64,000 nt of DNA from Polyangiales bacterium (lineage in GTDB: Bacteria > Myxococcota_A > Polyangia > Polyangiales > Ga0077539). The DNA is taken from NCBI GenBank assembly GCA_041389825.1, contig JAWKRC010000007.1, positions 125,093 to 189,092 on the forward strand. The letters run 5' to 3'. Below the pieces are notes generated by a model that was given only the letters and a program-made list of their open reading frames with translations, had not been told where the DNA came from and ran no database searches. Below are positions 7,664-17,866 of this stretch, piece by piece (within the stretch, counting starts at the first letter, position 1; each line of letters opens with the position of its first letter). Both the position numbers and the translations under genes were made by a program.

Positions 7664-8877
7664 CGCGCGCTCCTCGACTCCAACGGTACGACCAGCACGA
7701 AGCGCGCGCCGCCGAGGTCTCCCGCCTCGCAGCGGGCCTCGCCGTTCATCTCAGCGACGATGACTTCGCGCACGAGCGCGAGCCCGATGCCGTTGCCACC
7801 AGGGCGTCGGCTGAAGCCGCGCTCGAACACGAGGAGTCGGTCCTCGTCGGCGACACCGGGCCCGTCGTCGTCCACCTGAACGACGACTCGTTCGCCGCTC
7901 GCGTTCACAGTCGCAACGACCTGCACTCGCGCGATCGGTCGCTCGCTCACCTGCGCCGCGTTGCGCAACACGTTCACCAACGCGAGCACGAAACGGGAGC
8001 GGTCGCCCGACACGCGCAGACCTTCCGCCACGCTGACCGCGGCGTCGACCTGGTGGTCGCTCCGTACCGCGGCGACCGCCTCGTGGATCACCGCCGCGAG
8101 CTCGAAGACCGTGGGGAGCGCGCTCGCGAGGTTCGCGGCCTGCTCCAGCTCTCCGAGGAAGGAGAACATTCGCGACATGCCCTGCTCGACGCGCTGACGG
8201 TGTTGCGAGGCGTCGCCGTTCCCCGCTCCGGGCGGCCACGCGCGCATCAGCGCGTTGAAGCTCGCGCGCATCGGCACGAGGGCGTTGCGGAACTCGTGGA
8301 CGACCAGCCGCGTGTGCCGCTCGATCTGCGCGACGGCACCCTCGCGCTGAACGCGCTCCAGCGAAGGGAGCGCGAGGGTGATGCTCGCGGAGCGCTCCTC
8401 CTCCAAGAGGGCCGAGGCGAGCGACGAGAGCGGCGTGTCACGGCCCGCGGCGACGCCGCGGAGGAACGCGAGGGAGGGTTCGGGGACGGTCACGTAGGTG
8501 AGGGGCTCATGCGCGTGTGGGGTGATCTCAACAAGCCCCAGCGCGTCGAGGCGCATGACCCACGCCCACCCGCCGGGTGGCGCCTCTGCATCGTCTGGGT
8601 CATTCCAGAATTCGTGTGGAGGGCTCGCGCATAGCCAGTCGAGTAGCGGCCGACTGGTTCGCCATGGATCGTGGTCGCCCGCGGACTGCGCGGCCTCGAG
8701 CAACACGCAAAAGCGCCCTGCGTCCTGAGAAGGGAGTGAGAGGAAGGCATCACCAAGGCGCGTTCGCGCGCCCCCGCGACGAACGAGGCGAAGCTCGAAC
8801 GCGTACTCGACGGTGATCTCCTCCTCCACCGACGCGGGGTCCGTCAGGTACGCCCGCAGCTCCTCGACCAGCTTCAC
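7660..8877 (-). CDS. sensor histidine kinase (cytoplasmic; unknown N-terminal sensing domain + HisKA + HATPase_c)
   Basis: 405 aa. H-box RLVVHEFRNAL and a C-terminal ATP-binding region (VLRNAAQ...DDGPGV...GNGIGLALVRE). No predicted TM segment. The N-terminal ~170 aa has no assignable family. Confidence 0.75.
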   Translation of the reverse strand: MKLVEELRAYLTDPASVEEEITVEYAFELRLVRRGGARTRLGDAFLSLPSQDAGRFCVLLEAAQSAGDHDPWRTSRPLLDWLCASPPHEFWNDPDDAEAPPGGWAWVMRLDALGLVEITPHAHEPLTYVTVPEPSLAFLRGVAAGRDTPLSSLASALLEEERSASITLALPSLERVQREGAVAQIERHTRLVVHEFRNALVPMRASFNALMRAWPPGAGNGDASQHRQRVEQGMSRMFSFLGELEQAANLASALPTVFELAAVIHEAVAAVRSDHQVDAAVSVAEGLRVSGDRSRFVLALVNVLRNAAQVSERPIARVQVVATVNASGERVVVQVDDDGPGVADEDRLLVFERGFSRRPGGNGIGLALVREVIVAEMNGEARCEAGDLGGARFVLVVPLESRSAR

Positions 8878-8888
8878 GGTCTATCCCC

Positions 8889-10619
8889 TCACCCCACCGA
8901 CGCGCTCTTCTCCGCTCTCCCCACGCGCGGGCCCCACACGCTCACGGTCACGCTCCCCTTGCCCTGCACCACCCACTCGACGACGCGCGTCCCGGTGTTG
9001 CCGCGGCTCCGCAGGTAGAAGAGCGATCCTCCGTACAAGCCCCTCCCCCACCCGTCGAGGTGACCGATCACCCTCCGCGGCTCGGTCGGCGCGATCACCG
9101 TACAACCCTCCGCGCGAAGCTCGGCCACCAGGGGCTCGTTCCACGGGAGCTCCTTCGCCGACGCGATCCCGCACGACGGGAGGTAGCCGTGGTTCTGCAC
9201 CGTCGCCGTGACGTGCCACACGCCCTCGCTCACCGCGGTCACCGTGAGCTTGTCGACCTTCACCTCGGGCGCGAGCGAGGCCACGCGCATGAAGGCCGAC
9301 GACTGGTCCGCGCACACGCCGCCCAACAGGTCGTTCGGCGGGTTCCACACGCCCACCCGCGGGTCGAGGCCGCCCACCTCGACCCAGCCGAGCTGCGGGT
9401 GGTTGAAGGGCTTCCACGGGCGGACGATGCGCGAGGCGTTGTGGGCCTCGTCCCACCGCGCGAGGGCGATGAGGTCGTCGCGGGTGAGCTGGCTGTAGTG
9501 GTCGACGAAGGGCTTTCGCTTCGGGAGACCCAGTTGCTTGAACAGGTCCCAGAGCTCGCACACGTACGCGAGCGCGCCGCGCTGGTGGTACCCGAAATCC
9601 GTGAGGTCGCCGTGCAGCGGCTTGTCGGGCTCGTAGAGGAAATCCTCGAAGCCCGACACCGTGGGGTAGCCCGTACACTGCTCGTTCCACTGCGCGATCT
9701 GGCGCCAGATCGCGAGGTCGTCGGGGTTCATCTTCGCGTCGGGCTGGTGCCCCAGCGGACGGATGAACACACCCCCGAAGGTGTGCAGGTTCAGCCACGC
9801 GAAGACCTCGGGGTGGCGCACCATGAACTCCACCACGGCCCGCGCCTCGGGCTCGCTCGTCGGGTACGGCCCCGCGCCCGCCTGCTCGGGCTCGGGCCTC
9901 CAGCTCCAGGGGAAGTTCCGGTTGAGGTCGGTGTCGTTGTCCGAGAGGTAGGTCGGCGTCGGCACGTGGTCGCCGTCGAAGCCGTCGATCACGCCCTCGG
10001 GGTAGACCTTGTAGTACGGCCCCGGGTCATCGATGCGCCGCGGCACGAGCAAGCCAGGGAACTCCGTCGCCGCGACGAACTCGCCGCCCGGGTCCTCGAC
10101 GCGCATCACCATCGCGCGGCCGTCGCCGTCGACGTCGCAGCCGCGCCACCGCGCAGACCGCTTCGCGACGTGCTCCCTCGGGTTGGAGCGCACGTAGCGG
10201 CCGTCGGTGAGCACCGCCTCGGCGCCGTCGGGCGCCATGCGCGGGAGCACGTAGAACCTCACCTCGCGGAGCCTCGCCGCGGCCACGGCGCTCATCCCGC
10301 GCGGGGTTGATTCCGGGTCGAGGTGCAGGCGCAGCGCGTCTTCGGCGATGGCGAGCGCGACGCTGGAGCCCGCGAGCTCCGACGCGTGCATGTTGCCGTC
10401 GACCCACACCGAGGGCCGGGCGCGGTCGGGCTCGGGGCCGATGGTCAGGAGCCACAGGTCCCTCCCCTCGGGGCTCTTCGCGATGGACTCGCGACGCACG
10501 AGCGAGGGGAAGGCCTCGCACCACCCGAGCGTCTGCGCGTCGAGGTCGGCGTGCCGGAGGTAGCGGGTGCGAAAGCCCTTGTGGAGCCCGTCGAGCCGGG
10601 CGAGGTCCTCTGCGCTCAC
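8889..10619 (-). CDS. M14 family zinc carboxypeptidase
   Basis: 576 aa. Zn-binding HxxE ([11 protein letters not shown]), TDLNRNF, and later His ligand/catalytic region are typical of M14 peptidases. Confidence 0.75.
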   Translation of the reverse strand: MSAEDLARLDGLHKGFRTRYLRHADLDAQTLGWCEAFPSLVRRESIAKSPEGRDLWLLTIGPEPDRARPSVWVDGNMHASELAGSSVALAIAEDALRLHLDPESTPRGMSAVAAARLREVRFYVLPRMAPDGAEAVLTDGRYVRSNPREHVAKRSARWRGCDVDGDGRAMVMRVEDPGGEFVAATEFPGLLVPRRIDDPGPYYKVYPEGVIDGFDGDHVPTPTYLSDNDTDLNRNFPWSWRPEPEQAGAGPYPTSEPEARAVVEFMVRHPEVFAWLNLHTFGGVFIRPLGHQPDAKMNPDDLAIWRQIAQWNEQCTGYPTVSGFEDFLYEPDKPLHGDLTDFGYHQRGALAYVCELWDLFKQLGLPKRKPFVDHYSQLTRDDLIALARWDEAHNASRIVRPWKPFNHPQLGWVEVGGLDPRVGVWNPPNDLLGGVCADQSSAFMRVASLAPEVKVDKLTVTAVSEGVWHVTATVQNHGYLPSCGIASAKELPWNEPLVAELRAEGCTVIAPTEPRRVIGHLDGWGRGLYGGSLFYLRSRGNTGTRVVEWVVQGKGSVTVSVWGPRVGRAEKSASVG

Positions 10620-10638
10620 CGCGCGATCATAGGTCGAA

Positions 10639-11937
10639 TCAGAACCACGCCGTCACGCCCAGGAGGAAGGTGTCCTGGTTGCGCGCCGTGGGGAGGCTCA
10701 ATCCCGTCATCGGGTCGGTGGGCACCGCGCCCTGGTAGAACACCTCGCCGTCGGCCTCGTCGTGGCGGTACTCCGCGCGGATCGAGAGGTGCTCCGCCGG
10801 TCGCACGTCGAGGGTCGCCGTGCCCGAGGCCACCAGCGCCGCGCCGCCCATGTCGGTGAAGACCGCCTCGGCGCCCGAGGGGCGCCACTCCTGGAGCACG
10901 TCTGCGCGGAGCGCGACGCGGAGCCACGGCGCGAGCCTGAAGCGCGCGAAGAGCGCGCCGCCGAGCCAGCCCTGCAGTCCGAAGCGGTTGGGCTCGAGCC
11001 CCGCGAAGAGGTTGGCCTGAAGGGCCACGTGACGGTTCACCGTCCACCGGCCGTAGGCGTCGAGCACGTGGCGGAAGTAGTTGCCCTCGGGCGAGCCCTC
11101 GTCGCGCTCGACGCCGGCCCAGTACTGCACCGTGAAGAAATGGTCCTCGGTGGGGTGCTCCCACGACAGGTCGACGAGGAAGCTCTTGCCCGCCGAGCTG
11201 TCGCTCACGATCTGGTCCCAGCCGTTGTAGACGCCCGCGTGCATCGTGAGCGTGGGCGAGAGGCCGATCCCCGCGCGCGCGCCGGCGATCTGAAAGGGCG
11301 ACACCGCGAAGAGGTTCGAGGTGGTCCAGTTCCAGCGCTCCCACACGCCCATGTCTTCGACGGTGAAGGGCGCGACGAACAAGCCCGCCTCGACGGAGAG
11401 CCCCTCCCGATCTCCCCTCGCGAGGAGGCCCGTGTCCCAGCGGAGCGTGACCTCCTGGAGGAGCCTCCAGAGCAGGTCGAGGTCCGCGCCGCGCGGCGGG
11501 TCGCCGAAGCTCTCGGTGAACACCCCCGTCTGGAGCGTGAGGTGCCCGCGCACGGGGCCGTGACGGAACGCCGCCCCGAGCACGACGTTCTGCAGCGACA
11601 GCAGGTCGTGGCGGTCGTCGTAGAAGCGCAGCGCCGTGACCCCGTTCGAGGGCGCGTTGAAGTTGTACGAGTAGAAGGCCTCGACGTAGCCGCAGAGCCG
11701 CACGCCCTCGGTGAAGTTCTCCGCGTCGTCGGAGCACGCCGAGGCGTCTTCCCACCGCCGCGACTCCCGCTCCTCGGGGGTGTCTTCGCGCGTCGTCGTC
11801 GTCGCGTCGCTCACGGCGGGCTGCGTCGCCTCGGCCGGTCGCGTCGCCGCCGTCTCAGCGCCCCTCTCCTGCGCGCGCGCCGCGCCCCCCATGCACAGCG
11901 CGCACAGACCCGTGACCACCGCCGCCCTTCGCCGCAT
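10639..11937 (-). CDS. outer-membrane beta-barrel (porin-like) protein with signal peptide
   Basis: 432 aa from internal ATG ([23 protein letters not shown]). Alternating amphipathic beta-strand pattern, aromatic-rich, ends ...LGVTAWF as expected for a barrel C-terminus. The longer ORF to 12213 is an upstream extension. Confidence 0.55.
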   Translation of the reverse strand: MRRRAAVVTGLCALCMGGAARAQERGAETAATRPAEATQPAVSDATTTTREDTPEERESRRWEDASACSDDAENFTEGVRLCGYVEAFYSYNFNAPSNGVTALRFYDDRHDLLSLQNVVLGAAFRHGPVRGHLTLQTGVFTESFGDPPRGADLDLLWRLLQEVTLRWDTGLLARGDREGLSVEAGLFVAPFTVEDMGVWERWNWTTSNLFAVSPFQIAGARAGIGLSPTLTMHAGVYNGWDQIVSDSSAGKSFLVDLSWEHPTEDHFFTVQYWAGVERDEGSPEGNYFRHVLDAYGRWTVNRHVALQANLFAGLEPNRFGLQGWLGGALFARFRLAPWLRVALRADVLQEWRPSGAEAVFTDMGGAALVASGTATLDVRPAEHLSIRAEYRHDEADGEVFYQGAVPTDPMTGLSLPTARNQDTFLLGVTAWF

Positions 11938-11971
11938 CGGCGGGCGATGATGCACGGGGGCCGCACCCGCT

Positions 11972-13366
11972 GTGAACCGCGTCGTGAGAGACTCCGCGGC
12001 GATGGAGCCGACGACCTCCCGACACGCCCCGTCGCCGCCCGCGCACCCCGTGCTGGGGCACCTGCTCCCCATGCGCAGCGAGCCGCTGACGTGGATCCCG
12101 AAGGTCGCGCGGGAGCACGGCGACGTCGTGCGGCTGAGCTTCCCTCGGCGCGAGGGGGTGCTGATCAACCACCCCGAGGGCGTGCGGCAGGTGATGCAGG
12201 AGAACCACCGCAACTACGACAAATCCACCCCGGGCTTCGAGGAGCTGCGCAAGCTCCTGGGCAACGGGCTCCTCACCTCCGAGGGTGACTTCTGGCTCCG
12301 CCAGCGGCGCATCGCGCAGCCCGCGTTCAGCCGGCAGCGCCTCGCGGGCTTCGCGCCCGCCATGGTCCGCGCGGCGGAGGACCTCCGCGAGCGCTGGGTC
12401 TCCGTCGCGCCCTCGCGGCCGACGGTCGACGTCGCCGACGCGATGATGGCCCTCACGCTCCGCATCGCGGGCGAGACGCTGCTCTCGACGGACCCCTCGG
12501 CGAGCGCGTCGCGCGTGGGCTCGGCCCTCGCTGAGATCCTGCATCAAGTGCGGGGCCGCATCGCGACGCCGTTCCAGTTCCTCGCGCGGCTGCCCACGGC
12601 GAGGAACAAGCGCTACGCCGAGGCGCAGGCGACCCTCGACCGCGTGGTGCGCGAGATCATCGAGGCCCGCCGCCGCGGAGAGACCCGCGCCGCGTCGCCC
12701 GACCTCCTCGCGATGCTGATGGAGGCCCGCGACGAAGACGGCAAGGGCATGAGCGACGAGCAGCTCCGCGACGAGGTGCTGACCATCTTCCTCGCGGGCC
12801 ACGAGACCACGGCCAACGCGCTCGCGTGGACCTTCCACCTCCTCTCGCTGCACCCCGGCGCGCGGCGCGCGCTCCACGACGAGCTCGACGCCGCGGTGGG
12901 CGACCGCGCGCCGACCCTCGACGACCTGCCGCAGATGCCCTACGCGCGGCGGGTGCTGCAGGAGTCGATGCGCCTGCGGCCCCCCGTGTGGTTCATCGCG
13001 CGGCGCGCCGTCGGCGACGACACGGTGATGGGGCACCGCGTGAAGGCCGGCTCGATGGTGTTCATCTCCCCTTGGGCATTGCACCGGCACCCGGCGTACT
13101 GGCCCGACCCCGACGGCTTCGACCCCGACCGCTTCCTGCCCGACGCCGTCGCGGCGCGGCCCTCGTCGGCGTACATCCCCTTCGGCGCGGGCCCGCGCAT
13201 CTGCATCGGTCAGGGCTTCGCGATGATGGAGGCCCAGCTCATCCTCGCCTCGCTCTGCCGCTCGGTGTCGCTCGAGAACCTCTCGGGCGCGCGCGTCGAG
13301 CCCGAGCCCACGGTCACGCTCCGGCCCCGCGGCGGGCTCCCCATGACCCTCCACCCGAGGCGGTGA
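11972..13366 (+). CDS. cytochrome P450
   Basis: 464 aa (alternative start at 12002, MEPTTS...). Haem-binding loop FGAGPRICIG, I-helix AGHETT, ExxR (ESMRLR). Confidence 0.8.
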   Translation: MNRVVRDSAAMEPTTSRHAPSPPAHPVLGHLLPMRSEPLTWIPKVAREHGDVVRLSFPRREGVLINHPEGVRQVMQENHRNYDKSTPGFEELRKLLGNGLLTSEGDFWLRQRRIAQPAFSRQRLAGFAPAMVRAAEDLRERWVSVAPSRPTVDVADAMMALTLRIAGETLLSTDPSASASRVGSALAEILHQVRGRIATPFQFLARLPTARNKRYAEAQATLDRVVREIIEARRRGETRAASPDLLAMLMEARDEDGKGMSDEQLRDEVLTIFLAGHETTANALAWTFHLLSLHPGARRALHDELDAAVGDRAPTLDDLPQMPYARRVLQESMRLRPPVWFIARRAVGDDTVMGHRVKAGSMVFISPWALHRHPAYWPDPDGFDPDRFLPDAVAARPSSAYIPFGAGPRICIGQGFAMMEAQLILASLCRSVSLENLSGARVEPEPTVTLRPRGGLPMTLHPRR

Positions 13367-13373
13367 CGCAGCC

Positions 13374-14912
13374 ATGGCCCGCTTCGCTCCCCTCTGCCTC
13401 GCCCTCTGCCTCGCCGCGCCGCTCGCGCGCGCGCAGGTGCGACAGCCTGACGGCACCACCATCCCCGTGGGGATGAGCCTCCAGGGCTACCTCGACCGAC
13501 GGATGGAGACGGGGCTCCAGGTCGTGCGCGACGCGGCGATCACCCCCGAGCGCTTCGTGCCGGGGTGCTCGATCCGCTTCACGGTGGTGGCGCGCGACTC
13601 GGGCTACGAGAACACCTTCGGCTGGTACAACGTCACGCCGGGCCGCGCGCCGACCGAGAGCGAGCTCTACGAGCTCGTCGGGACGACGGCGGGCGAGGGC
13701 TTCACCGCGTCGCTGTCGTTCTTGAGCGAGCCCAGGTGGACCGGCGGAGAGATCGGGTTCTTCCTCCGTACGCCGCCGGGCTACGTCTACTACTCCGAGC
13801 GCGCGTACCAGCCCGACCGCGAGGTCTCGATGGGCTTCGTGCACCTGCTCATCTACGACTCGCGCGCCACCGCCAACGCCTTCTATTTCGCGTGGGAAGA
13901 CCTCTTCAACGGCGGCGACAACGACTTTCAAGACCTCTTGATGATCGTCGACAATCTCGTGTGCGCGGGCGGCGGAGACGCCTGCGACACGGGGATGCCC
14001 GGCGCCTGCGCCCGCGGGATGCGCCAGTGCCGCAACGGCGCGCTCGCGTGCCTTCCCACCACGCAGCCGAGCGACGAGGTCTGCGACGGCATCGACAACG
14101 ACTGCGACGGGATGACCGACGAGGGCGTGACCTCGTGCGGCGCGCGGATGGTGTGCGACCGCGGCGTGTGCGTCGAGGAGTGCTCGCAGGAGCTCGGCTG
14201 CGCGTCGGGCTCGGTGTGCAGCCCGCGCGGGACGTGCGTGAGCGACGCGTGCGCGAGCGTGGAGTGCCCCGAGGGGCAGGTGTGCCGCGACGGCGCGTGC
14301 CGCTCTCCGTGCGAGGGCGTGACGTGCCCGCGGGGCCAGGTGTGCCGCGTGGGGCGGTGCGTCGACCCCTGCGCGGGGCTCACCTGCGACGGCGACCAGG
14401 TGTGCGTCGAGGGCGTGTGCCAGACGCGCTGCCCCTGCCGTCGCTGCGGCGCGGGAGAGAGCTGCTTCACCGACGGGCGGTGCCGTCCCACGTCGTGCGC
14501 GACGGTCACCTGCGGAGAGGGCTTCGCCTGCGTCGACGGGCGCTGCGTCGACACCTGCGAGGGCGCGGTGTGCCCCGGAGGCGGGGCCTGCGTGCGCGGC
14601 CGCTGCGGCGACCCGGTGGTCGACGCGGGGGCGCCCCGCGACGCGAGCGTGCCCCCGAGGGACGTCCCCTCGCTCACGGATGTCGGTGCGCCCACGGTGA
14701 TCGACGCGGGCGCGAGGGACTCGGGCCTGCGCGACGCCGCGCGGGTCTTCGACGTGAACCTGTCGCTCGAGCCCGAGCCCGGCGCGAACTGCGTGTGCGA
14801 CGCGCCGGGGGCCTCAGGGCGCGACCGGGGCGGCCCATGGTCGACCCTCGCGGCGCTCGCTCCGCTCGGGGCGATCTTCGTGTCGCGACGTCGACGTCGG
14901 GCGAGGCGCTAG
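13374..14912 (+). CDS. secreted DUF4114-domain protein with Cys-rich C(x)nC repeats and a MYXO-CTERM sorting tail
   Basis: 512 aa with a signal peptide. DUF4114-like region (FFLRTPPGYVYYSERAYQPD...DNDFQDLLM), then more than 12 short Cys-rich modules (CxxGxCVxxC...). C-terminus ...CVCDAPGASGRDRGGPWSTLAALAPLGAIFVSRRRRRARR fits the MYXO-CTERM pattern. Confidence 0.7.
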   Translation: MARFAPLCLALCLAAPLARAQVRQPDGTTIPVGMSLQGYLDRRMETGLQVVRDAAITPERFVPGCSIRFTVVARDSGYENTFGWYNVTPGRAPTESELYELVGTTAGEGFTASLSFLSEPRWTGGEIGFFLRTPPGYVYYSERAYQPDREVSMGFVHLLIYDSRATANAFYFAWEDLFNGGDNDFQDLLMIVDNLVCAGGGDACDTGMPGACARGMRQCRNGALACLPTTQPSDEVCDGIDNDCDGMTDEGVTSCGARMVCDRGVCVEECSQELGCASGSVCSPRGTCVSDACASVECPEGQVCRDGACRSPCEGVTCPRGQVCRVGRCVDPCAGLTCDGDQVCVEGVCQTRCPCRRCGAGESCFTDGRCRPTSCATVTCGEGFACVDGRCVDTCEGAVCPGGGACVRGRCGDPVVDAGAPRDASVPPRDVPSLTDVGAPTVIDAGARDSGLRDAARVFDVNLSLEPEPGANCVCDAPGASGRDRGGPWSTLAALAPLGAIFVSRRRRRARR

Positions 14913-15589
14913 GAGCGGGTGCGGGCGACGGCGCTGCGCACCCGCGCGCCGCGCTGGTCGGTCACGAGCCGGTAGCGCACGCGCACCTCACCCGCCGTGG
15001 AGCTCGCCCACCGCGCGGCCTCGGCGGCCTCGACGGCGCAGCGCCGCGCGTCGTCGCTGAGCTCGCCGCTCGCGCGGCCCCGCGGGCGGAACTCGCTCCG
15101 CGTCACGCGCCCGTCGTCGCCGAAGCCGAGGTCGAGGCTGAGCGAGCCGCTCCACCCCGCGAGGCAGCGCGACAGGCCGGGCAGCGCGGGGGCGAGCGCG
15201 GCGCGCGCGGGGTCGACGGTCGTGACCGCGACGGGGGCGGGCGCGGCGACGGGCGCGGGGGCGGAGGTCACCTCGGCGCGGGGGGGCGCGGCCTCGAACT
15301 CCACCACGGCGGCCTCGATGCGGGCGCCCATCACGGCGCGGGCGCTCGCGGCCTCGGCGCGCGTGAGGGCGTCTTGCGCGCCGAGCGTTCCGCCGCTGGC
15401 GGCGGTCACCATCACCAGCGTCGCGGCGATGGCGCCGTGCAGCGCGCCGAAGCCCTCGCGCCGCGCGGCGGGGTCGAGCAGCGCGCGCAGGTGCTCGACC
15501 TCGGCGCGGAGCTCTTCGTTCTCTCGCCGGAGCGCCTCGGTCTGGGCCAGCGCCGCGTCGCGTTCGTCACGGTAGGGCGTCGGGGCCAC
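14909..15589 (-). CDS. hypothetical protein (N-terminal coiled coil, one hydrophobic segment, C-terminal domain)
   Basis: 226 aa with good GC3 bias; no family assigned. Confidence 0.45.
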   Translation of the reverse strand: MAPTPYRDERDAALAQTEALRRENEELRAEVEHLRALLDPAARREGFGALHGAIAATLVMVTAASGGTLGAQDALTRAEAASARAVMGARIEAAVVEFEAAPPRAEVTSAPAPVAAPAPVAVTTVDPARAALAPALPGLSRCLAGWSGSLSLDLGFGDDGRVTRSEFRPRGRASGELSDDARRCAVEAAEAARWASSTAGEVRVRYRLVTDQRGARVRSAVARTRS

Positions 15590-15781
15590 GGAGCGACCTT
15601 ACACCCGCCGCGCGAGCGCGGTGCAGTGGGGCGCGATCACATTTCTGCGCCGACCCCATCGAGCTTGGATGAACGCCGACGCGAGGCGGCGCATCGATAG
15701 GGCCAGAGCGAGCGCCGCCGCCCCCTCGACCCCGGTCGAGGCGCGGGCTCGCGTTCCACACTCACCACCAGGGGACCGTCG

Positions 15782-16228
15782 ATGCTCTCCCGTCCTTCGG
15801 CGCTGCGCCGTCGCGCGCTCGCGCTCCGCTGCCTCGTCGCCGCCGCGGCCTTCTTCGCCGCCGCGCACGCCCACGCGTTGCCCACCCGCGCGAGCCTCGG
15901 CCGCGCCCGCGCCCGCGCCGCCGCGCCCGCGCCCGCGGTCTCCACCGAGGCCCGCCGCGCGCGCCTCCTCGACGCCTTCTCGCACGCGTCGACGGTGCGC
16001 CGCTGCTGGGCGCGTCAGCTCGACCGCGACCCGACCACGCCCACCCGCGTGCTGAGCGTGACCCTGAGCGTCGACGCGACGGGCCGCACGCGCGCCGTCG
16101 ACGTGCGCGACCCGCGCGCGCCCGCCCTCGCCGCGTGCATCGCGAGCGCGGCGGCGATCCTCCCCGACGTGGGCCCCGGCGCGGCCTTCGAGGCCGTCAC
16201 CACGGTCACCCTCGAGCCCGGCCGATGA
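15782..16228 (+). CDS. secreted hypothetical protein
   Basis: 148 aa. GGGGA-like RBS upstream, and a signal peptide (LRCLVAAAAFFAAAHAHA). Confidence 0.45.
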   Translation: MLSRPSALRRRALALRCLVAAAAFFAAAHAHALPTRASLGRARARAAAPAPAVSTEARRARLLDAFSHASTVRRCWARQLDRDPTTPTRVLSVTLSVDATGRTRAVDVRDPRAPALAACIASAAAILPDVGPGAAFEAVTTVTLEPGR

Positions 16229-17126
16229 GCATCCCCGCGCTCCACAGCGCGGCGTGAACGAGCAGCGCGCGCGCGGTCGCGCCGAGCAGGGGGTTGAGGT
16301 CGCGGCCCTCCTTCGTCGCCACCTCGCGGGTGAGCCGCGCGAGGGAGGGCGCGGTGAGGCAGGGGAGGAGCATCCAAGGCTGCCGCGTCGCGACCGCGGC
16401 CGCGGCGGGCACCACCACCGAGGCCGCGCAGAGCGTCGCGTACTCGCTCACGCCGAAGAAGCGCCCGAGCCGCACGACGAGGGTGCGCTTGCCCGCGCGC
16501 GCGTCGGTCTCGCGGTCGCGGAGGTTGTTCACCACCAGCACCGCCGTCGCGAGCGCGCCCACGGGCACCGCCGCGACCCACGCGAAGGCGGGCACCGCCG
16601 CGGCCCCCACCCACGCCGTCGCGACCACCGCGACGAGGCCGAAGAAGCCGAACACGAACACGTCACCGAGGCCGTTGTAACCGAGCGGGTAGGGCCCTCC
16701 CGTGTACGCGACGCCCGACGCGATGGACGCGAGGCCGATCGCCACGATGGGCCAGCCGCAGGTCGCGGTGAGGTACACGCCCGCGGCCGTGGCGAGCCCG
16801 AAGGCCACGACCATCCCGCGGCGCACCTCGTCGGGCGTGAGCAGGCCCGATTGGGTGACGCGCACCGGGCCCAGGCGCTCGGCGGTGTCGGCGCCCTTCT
16901 CGTAGTCGAAGACGTCGTTGGCGAGGTTGGTGCCGATCTGGATGCACACCGCGCCGAAGGCCGCGGCGGCGACGGGTCCGACGCGCAGGCCCGAGGTGCC
17001 GACCGCGCGCGCGGCCGCGGCGGCGCCCACCATCACCGGCGCGAGCGCGGCGGTGAGCGTCGCGGGGCGCGTCCCGAGGAGCCAGACCTTCAAACGCGAC
17101 GGGCGATCGGCGGGGACGTCGCTCAC
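16206..17126 (-). CDS. menA: 1,4-dihydroxy-2-naphthoate polyprenyltransferase (UbiA superfamily)
   Basis: GTG start ([24 protein letters not shown]...) overlaps the ubiE stop as GTGA. Polytopic membrane protein with [12 protein letters not shown] and DxxxD motifs of UbiA/MenA prenyltransferases. The longer ORF to 17228 is an Arg-rich extension. Confidence 0.75.
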   Translation of the reverse strand: MSDVPADRPSRLKVWLLGTRPATLTAALAPVMVGAAAAARAVGTSGLRVGPVAAAAFGAVCIQIGTNLANDVFDYEKGADTAERLGPVRVTQSGLLTPDEVRRGMVVAFGLATAAGVYLTATCGWPIVAIGLASIASGVAYTGGPYPLGYNGLGDVFVFGFFGLVAVVATAWVGAAAVPAFAWVAAVPVGALATAVLVVNNLRDRETDARAGKRTLVVRLGRFFGVSEYATLCAASVVVPAAAAVATRQPWMLLPCLTAPSLARLTREVATKEGRDLNPLLGATARALLVHAALWSAGMLIGRARG

Positions 17127-17866
17127 GCGGTGGCGGCCTTGCGCTGCAAGTCGACCGCGGGCTCGGCCACGTAGAGGTGCGCGACGCCGAAGGTGAGCGC
17201 CTCGACCGAGAGCACCGAGAGGCCGCACTCGCGCATGAGCGCCGCGAAGGCCTCGGCGGGCGGGAAAGCCGCGATGGACTGTTGCAGGTAGCGGTACTCG
17301 CGGCTCCCCGAGAGCAGCGCGCCGACGCGCGGCACGACCTCGTGGACGTGGAAGCGCGCGAGCGGCCCCAGCACGCCGCCCCGCGGCTCGCTGAGTTCGA
17401 GGATCACCACGCGGCCTCCGGGCTTCGTCACGCGCGCCATCTCGCGCAGCGCCTGCGCGCGGTCGGGCACGTTGCGGATGCCGAAGGCGATGGACACCCC
17501 GTCGACCGACGCGTCGTCGAGCGCAATCGCCTGCGCGTCGCCCTCGTCGAGGCGGACGCGCGCCGCGAGCCCGAGGCGCGTCACCTTCTCGCGCCCCACC
17601 GAGAGCATCCCCGTGGAGGGGTCGAAGCCGCGCACCTCGGCGGTGGGGTAGCGGCGCGCGATGGCGACGGCGAGGTCGCCCGTGCCCGTGGCGAGGTCGG
17701 CCACGGCGCCCCCGTCGGGCACGCGCAGGGCTTCGACGGCCTTGCGCCGCCAGCGCTGGTCGATGCCCAGCGACAGCACGCGGTTGAGGAAGTCGTAGCG
17801 GCCCGCGATGGCGTCGAACATCTGCCCGCTGCCCATGCGAGCGTCGGCTCCCGTCGGCGCGCTCAC
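17123..17866 (-). CDS. ubiE: demethylmenaquinone/ubiquinone C-methyltransferase
   Basis: 247 aa. SAM-binding motif [10 protein letters not shown] and overall UbiE/MenG pattern ([17 protein letters not shown]...). Confidence 0.8.
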   Translation of the reverse strand: MSAPTGADARMGSGQMFDAIAGRYDFLNRVLSLGIDQRWRRKAVEALRVPDGGAVADLATGTGDLAVAIARRYPTAEVRGFDPSTGMLSVGREKVTRLGLAARVRLDEGDAQAIALDDASVDGVSIAFGIRNVPDRAQALREMARVTKPGGRVVILELSEPRGGVLGPLARFHVHEVVPRVGALLSGSREYRYLQQSIAAFPPAEAFAALMRECGLSVLSVEALTFGVAHLYVAEPAVDLQRKAATA

